Origin: a virus
Strand: one strand, 5' to 3'
Virus record (IMG/VR): IMGVR_UViG_3300045010_000308
Coordinates: 9,057-73,056 of that record
Length of the DNA stretch: 64,000 nt
The translations under genes were made by a program, and so were the position numbers. The notes beneath the pieces are model-generated. The model worked only from the letters and a program-made list of their open reading frames with translations, searched no databases and was not told the origin of the DNA. The stretch's first letter is position 1. Each line of letters starts with the position of its first letter. Below are positions 54,019 to 61,100 of this stretch, in pieces.

Positions 54019-54691
54019 CTGTGACCGGCCCTCCCGTGATCCACGCGTCGCACGTCCGCGACGCGGCGCACTTGAAGTCGAACGCCTCGCAGTACCCGAG
54101 CTCGCCGGCCTCGACCGTGCTCCACGCGTCTTTGGCCGAGCCGCCGCCTTGCTTGAGGCCGTCGGCGATGCAGTCGAGCATCTTCGCCGTGACGATGAAC
54201 GCGGCGCAGTTGCCGCACAGCGACTGCCTCGCCTGACGAGGCGAGACCGTCCAGCGGTCGGCCTTCTTCGCCCAGAACTCGGTGTTCGGCAGCTTCGGGT
54301 TGAGCGGGCCGTACGCCGCGGACTTGATCGCGTTCTCGCGGTTGCGCAGGTTGAGCGACACGTCTTGCGTCGCCGGCGGGCAGCCCGCCGGGGCGGCCGC
54401 GGTGACAGGCGACAGCTCGCGGTCGACGAAGCGTGACAGCGACTTGACCGTGACCTCTTTTCCGGCCGCTTCTTGCTCGTCGTAGTGGCGGACGAACGGC
54501 AGCTTGACGTAGTACACCGGCAGGTCGTCGAGCGCGTCTTCTTCGAGCGGAGCCCAGGCGCCGTTGTCGCGGACGTACGACGCGCCTTTCTCGGACGAGA
54601 ACAGGACTAGGTGCTTGACGAGCTCGTCGTCGAGGTCTGCGGCGACGTACAGGAGGTCGCGCTTCGAGAGCGACTTTGGCCAGGTGCTCAT
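54011..54691 (-). CDS. hypothetical protein with Cys-rich C-terminal domain
   Basis: ATG 54691 (ATGA overlap); CGNC..YCEAFDFKC..TCDAW. Confidence 0.7.
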   Translation of the reverse strand: MSTWPKSLSKRDLLYVAADLDDELVKHLVLFSSEKGASYVRDNGAWAPLEEDALDDLPVYYVKLPFVRHYDEQEAAGKEVTVKSLSRFVDRELSPVTAAAPAGCPPATQDVSLNLRNRENAIKSAAYGPLNPKLPNTEFWAKKADRWTVSPRQARQSLCGNCAAFIVTAKMLDCIADGLKQGGGSAKDAWSTVEAGELGYCEAFDFKCAASRTCDAWITGGPVTGD

Positions 54692-55110
54692 GCCGGCTCC
54701 CACGTGATCTGACGGTCGATCAGGATCTTTTCGAGCTCTCGAAGTGCCATCGGCTTTTTCATCTTATCTAGCCTGGGAACGGCCCAGTCTGCATCTGCTT
54801 CTGTAAGTCGCCTTATCGTATACTTGTTCTTGCCCGCCGTGAAGCTGACTTTTCGCCTCGCGCCGTCGACCGAGATCTCGTCGGCGTCTTTGAACAAGAA
54901 CGACCTCGACCCGTAGTCGAGCGTGACGGTCAGCGCGACGCTCTTGTCCGTCGCCGGAGGAGAGATCACGACCGCGTACACGACGTGCCGAGACCGCTCG
55001 CCGCCCCGCAGCCTCACGTCCATCGCCGCCGGAGCGTACAGCAAGAACTGTGAGCCTCCGTTCTCTTGTTTCTTCTGCTTGTAAAAGAGCTCTTTCATGT
55101 TGACCTTCAC
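54688..55110 (-). CDS. hypothetical protein
   Basis: 140 aa; 4-nt overlaps with both neighbours. Confidence 0.65.
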   Translation of the reverse strand: MKVNMKELFYKQKKQENGGSQFLLYAPAAMDVRLRGGERSRHVVYAVVISPPATDKSVALTVTLDYGSRSFLFKDADEISVDGARRKVSFTAGKNKYTIRRLTEADADWAVPRLDKMKKPMALRELEKILIDRQITWEPA

Positions 55111-58100
55111 TCCACCGGGTCCGAGAGCACGTCGGTGCCGTCCGAGAACGTCTCGTTCGGGTACCGGTACTCGAGGTCGTCCTTGCTGAGCAGCTTCGTG
55201 ACCTTCGCGTTCCCGCGCCGCGCCACGACGTCGTTCGCGATCCCGTAGGTCACGACGACCTCGACGGCCTGCCCGCCGATCTTGTTGATTCCCCTCGCTT
55301 TGAGGGCGGTCACCAGCCTGTTTTTCTCAGACTCGTTGCCGACGACGATGAACGCGACGGCGTCGTGCCCGATCTCTCCCTTGAACATGAGCTCGTACGC
55401 GCCCGGCACGATGTCGTCTATCACCCAGTCGGTGTCTGCCTTCTCCTCCTCGCGCTTCGGAGCCCGCCTTCTCCCGAACTCGTCATCCTTGTTGCCAAAG
55501 AAATCTACCCGGCGGAACAGCTCGGGAGCGTCGTACACGATGAATGTCGTGCCCCAGCCGCCCGTCCCCTTGTGGATGTTCGAGGCCAGCCCGCTCACTC
55601 CGTCCGCGGGAGTCGTGAAGACGTAGTCGGCTCCGCCCGTCTCGGTGTCTGTCTGCGACGACGCGCCGACCTCTGTCCCTCCTCGAAGCACTCGGCTGTT
55701 CGTCGACCGGAGGCCCTGCCCGGGCTTGAACATGTTCGCGATCCCGTTGGCCACCGCGTCGGGTTGGAAACCACCCCTGGTGCCGTCGATGAAGTTCCCC
55801 TGCGTGATCGAGTGGAAGATCAGGTCGACGCGGGTCTTGTTGCGGATCGCCTCGCCGAGGGACGGCGGGCCCACGAGCTCGATGCGCCCGCTCGTCCCGA
55901 CGCGAAGCTCGAACTGGTCAGCCGAGACTCCGTACTTCGAGTTGATCTCGGCGAGCTGCGCCGCTCGCGCGACCTCGTTCGTCGGGTAGCGGTTCGCGTC
56001 GACCTTGCCGCCCAGCACCGCGATCAACCTGTTCTCGACGAGGAGCCTCGTGTCGTCCAGAGTGGCCGCCCTCGGGTCGTTGACGCCGCCCAGCTGCATC
56101 GCCTTCGCGATCACGGTGGGGTCCGTCCCGCGGGGGACGTCGATCGTCACGAGGTTCGAGAATGACTTGTAGGAGCCGCTGTTCGCCTCGTCGTAGTCCG
56201 CCTTGATGTACTGGAACTTCACCTCGACTCCGTCGATGACTCGAGTGTAGTAGTACTGCCCGTTCTTGCCGAGGTAGCCGGAGAGGAACCCGTAGTCGTG
56301 GAACACCAGCGTCGACTCGACCGTCCGATGCCCGCCTTCCCAGCCTGGCGGCGGTGGGTACATCGTCTCGCGCTTCAAGCCGACGAGTGACGTGTCTTCT
56401 CCCGCCGCGGGCAGGTAGGCGGTGATCGGCAGAGTCACCTGGCTGCGCACCTCGACGTCCGGTTGCGCCTTCAACTCGTCCATGAACCTGTCTGACGCCC
56501 ACTTGGTGAGCTTGTATTGGACCCGAGTCAGCTCTTTCGTGCCGTCGGAGTTCGCCGTCGAGACGACGTCGATCGCCATGTCTTCGATGTCGGTGCCGTC
56601 GCCGAGCGTCCGCACGATGTCTGCGGTCGTCCGCCCCTCGTTCTCTGGCTTCCCGCGGCCTTTTCGCGCGTCCGCGATCGCGTCGGCTCTCTGGAGCGCG
56701 CCGTTGAGTGACAGCACCTCTGTCGACGGCGAGCTGTCCCAGTCGACTCCCTCGACGTCGATGGCGCGCAACGGCGGAGTCGGCGGGACGAACGAGTCGT
56801 CCAGTGCCTGCGCGTCTTGGAACCTCTCTTCTCGGATGTCGTCGGCGGCCTTGCTGTACTCGGCGTCGAACCGCGGGCTGGCGGCTCGGTTCTGGATGAC
56901 CATCAGCTCGACACGGTCGACCAGCGCGTCGAGCTGCTTCTTCGCGGCCTCCGTCTCCTTGAGGTTGTAGCCGCCGTGCTGGCGGTCTACGTAGGCGGCT
57001 TGGCCCATGAGGAACGCGAACCTCTTCAGGTCGTCGACCGTCTGCGCGATCTGGCGCGCGGTCGCAGGCGGAGCCGCCTTGCTCGTCGACGTCCACTTCC
57101 CGCGGTACTGCAGGTCCAACGACTCGAGCGCACGCGCCACGGACGGCACGACGTTGTCTGTGAGTATCCGCTTGGTGCGCTGGAGGACGTACTTGATGAC
57201 TTGTTCGCGGGTGTAGTAGCTTGCGTCGTTGCTGTCGACGTCGCGGAGGGCCTTCTCGAGCGGCGTCGCCACCTGTTTGCCGGCGTCGTTCTCAAGTAAG
57301 ACCTCGAACGAGCCGCTGCTCAGCGCGCCGACTAGGTCGTAGATGCCTAGGTAGTCTAGCTCAACCGCTTTCTCGACGTTGACCGAGCTCGACCAGAACT
57401 CGTCCACGCCGTCCGGGTCGATGTCTGAGACGTCGAGCGGAGGAAGAGTCTGCCCGGTGAGGTTTGACTCCTCGACCTCGAGCAGGTTGACCGACGTGTC
57501 TAGGTCGTCAAGAAGCGTCTTGAGCTCGTACATGATGCTGCCCGCGTTGAGCTTGTCGTCCGGGCTCGCCTTGCCGACCTTGGCGTTCTCGGCGACGCCC
57601 TCGGCGACGCGGTCGACGAACTTCGAGGTCCAGTCGAGCAGGTCTTTCGCCGTGCCGAAGTTGCCGTCTCGGAGCTGCCGCAGCGCGTCGGCGGCTTCTT
57701 GCTGCACGGTGGGGCCCTTCTTGAAGGCGCTGAGGTACTGGAGCAGCCCAGAGTGCTTGGCCGTGAGCATGATGCTCGAGAATGACCAGACCATCTGCTT
57801 CACCTCTGACTTGACCTCTTCGTCGATCTCGTCGAACGTCGTCGGCGCGGGCGGGCGGTCTGCGGTGCCTCCCTCGATCGCGTCGAACCGGTCTGAGATC
57901 GCGTCTCGCATCGTCTCGTACGCGTACCTCTCGCTGGCCTCGAGCTCCTCGACATGCTTGACGTACTCTGGGTTGTCGGGCACGTCGAAGACCTCGCGCA
58001 TGCGCCTGTCCGCCAGCTCGGCGAACGCCTCGGTGTCGATGGCCTCGCCCGCCTTGTCCCGCTTGAGGTACTCGTTGATCTCGTTGAAGATGTCCACCAG

Positions 58101-61100
58101 CTTTGCCGGTTCTTTGAACGTGCTCCCGGGCGCCTCCATCAAGATCGCGCGGAGCATGTCGTTGGCGACTTTGCTTCCGATCAGGTCTTTGACCCGCTCG
58201 CCGTACGCCTCGCCGGGCGACTTGAGCTTGCCGAAGAGCTCTTTCGCAGCGTCACGGATCTTCTGGTACGCGACCTTGTCTGCGTAGGAGCTGTCTTCGT
58301 CGTCGAGCTCGCTCTGCACCATCTCTTCGACGTCGGCCTCGGTGACCTCGCGCGCGATGATCGCGCTGACCAGGCGGCGAGCCTCCGAGATCGCCTTGTC
58401 ACGCTCGCTCTCCTCGACCTCTTCCGCCGGCTCAGGCTTCGGCGCCTTCTCGGCGCGAAGCCTCGCCCGCTCGGCGTCGATCTCGTCCGTCAGCTTCTTC
58501 TGCGCTTCGGCCTCCTCGCGCTTCTCCTGCTCTTTCGCCTTGCCGACGTCGTCGAGCTCTTTGAAAGGGTCCCACTCGGCGATGAAGTCTTCGACCTGCT
58601 TCGCCTCGCCTTCAGGCGCGTCTGGGCTTGTGTCTGGCTCGGAAGCCCCTTCCGGGGCGCTAGCTTTTGGGACTTTGCCCTCGCTAGCTTTTGGGACCTT
58701 GTCGTCCTCTTCTGCCCGGGCCTCGTGGAACGCCTTGGCCTTCGGGTCCCAGTCTTTGAAGCCTTTCTTGATGCTGCCGTCCGGGATCTCTGTGCCTTTC
58801 TTCTTGTGGCCCGTGTAGCCCTTCGGCCCCTCGATGTAGATGCTGTCGTCGTCACCCGGCATGATCGGCGTGAGCTGCCAGGTCACCTTGTTGTACTGCT
58901 TGCCGTCGATCGCTCCGATGACGTGCACGCCGTGCCACGCCGGAGTGTTCTCTGCGGTGCCGGGGTTCGCGTACCGAGCGACGACACCGGCGAAGCCGTT
59001 CTTGTCGCGGACGAGCATGCCAGGCCGGATGATCGTGACGCCGTCCTTTGACACGCCGAGGATCCGGCCTGACTTCGGGTCGTGAGCGCCGATCGGCGGC
59101 ATGCCGTCTTCTTGCTTCGGCTTGAACGCCTCTCCAGAGAACACGTCCGCGACGAGGTCGATCTCGGTGGCGAGGAAGTCGATGTCGTCGTTGGACCGTT
59201 CTTTCGCCTCGATGATGGCCTTCAGCCTCTCCGACGCCTCCTCGCCGGTGATCTTCCCGTCCTCGAAGTCGGCGACGATCGAGTCGAACGCCTCGAGCAC
59301 CTTCTTCGCGCGGTTGCGTGTCGAGGTCTTGGCGTCCTCGTCGTCTGCGATGATCTTGACGGCGTCTTTGACGTCTTTCTTGCCGGTCTTGAGCGCCTTG
59401 TCGAACTCTCTCCGCGAGACGTCCACTCCGTCGTCCTCCGGGCGCTCGACGCCGCTGTCGGCCATCGAGCTCGGCGAGCTCGTGTCGCCGCCTGGCACGC
59501 CGTCGGGGTCGGCGGTCTCGCCTGGCTTGACCTGAGCGTTCTGGATGAGCGTGTCGACGCTCGGGACGTCGCACGGGCCGTTCTTGCCGGTGATGGCCGC
59601 CGTCAGGCCGCAGTTCCAGGCCGCGGCTACGGCCTTCGCCGCCTCGTAGTCGGCCTTCGCGGCCTTGTACGCCTCGAGGTCTGCCTCGTACTGCGCGTCG
59701 GCCGCTCGCTTGCGCTCGATGGTGCCGTCGACGTCGAGCAGCTCTTTCGAGACCGTGTCGTCGCCGGCGGCGCGCTTCAGCATCGCCGCGAGGACGTTCG
59801 CGGCCATCGCCGCGTCGGCGTCGGCGCGGTGCCAGTTCTCTTTCTCGACGCCGAGGTAGTCAGCGATCGGGCCGAGCGAGTTCGACGCGCGGCGGACGCC
59901 GTCTTCGCCGACGGATGACGGCCCGTCTGGCTTGTTCTTCGAGTACCTCGGCAGGGTGCTGGCGGCGATGTCCTTGGTGTCGAGCGTGCCGAGGATCTCG
60001 AAGCTCAGGCCCTGCTCGCGGAGCACGCGCTCGAGGACCTCGCGGTCGAACGGGACATACTGCCCGCCGAGGATCGCCGAGCCGCCGGCCCAGTCGATGA
60101 ACTGCTGGTGCGCTTCTTTCATGCCGGGCTGCGTCTTGAGCCACTCGTCCGTGACGCTTTCTCCGTCTTGCCGCTTCAGGTTCGCCGCAGACCACTCAGA
60201 CAGCCTGAAGTCCGGGTCCATGTACGTGTTGAACCTGTCGACGATCTCGCCGTTGCGGACCTTGACCGCGCCGAGCTGCACCGGCCTGTTCAGCTCGATG
60301 ACGTCTGGCTTGTCGCGGTCGGGCAGGCCTGTCGTCTCGTAGTCGAAGAAGACGAGCTCGATGTCGCCGAGTCGGCGGCTCGCCTCTTCCCAGCTGCCTG
60401 CTCCGCGCAGGGCCTCGAGCACCTGCCCGGTGAACGCGCCGTCTGACGGCTTCCTCGGGGGAGTCGGCCGGTGCAGCGCGGGCTTGTCGCCTTTCGCCGG
60501 TGTCGGGCCCCCGCGGAACACGTCGATCTCGGTCGTCGGGTTCCACTCCTTGCGCTGAGACTCGTGGCCGGGGAAGTACCCCTGGACGCTCATCTTGCCC
60601 TTCGGCGTGTCCGCGTCTGTGAACACAGACTCGATGACGAAAGAGTCCGTCGTAGTCACGTCGCCTGGCTGCAGGTCGCGCGTCTTGTACTTCGTGCCGG
60701 TCGACAGCGGAGCGCTTTCTTCGTTCTTGACGTCGACTCCCAAGACGCGCTGGATGATGTCGGCGCGCCGGTTCCGCAGGCGCTCTTTCAGGGTGGCCGC
60801 CATGACCGGGTCGCTGACGATCCGGTCGATGGTCGCGTCGACCTCCGCGGGGTCGAGCGCGCGCAGCCGGTTGGCCTGGTCGGCGAGCTCTGCGTCGGTG
60901 ATGCCGCCGAAGACCCGCGAGTTCTGCGGGTTGAGGTCCCGGTCTCGCAGCGTGTCGAGCTCGCGCACCGTGTCGCCGAAGTTCGCGCCTTTCTCTGCTC
61001 CCCTCGCGCGGAAGAGGAGCGCGCCGCCCGGGTCGACGCGGGTCGGGTTGCCGTCTGCGTCCGACATCACGTTGTCGTACACGAGGCCCGCGACGTCCCA

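Noticed and set aside
59590-59630. Possible intein end (..WN/C..) in the giant protein
   Set aside because: No intein N-terminal block or HN/C motif and no LAGLIDADG motifs seen; the upstream domain is a DnaQ exonuclease.
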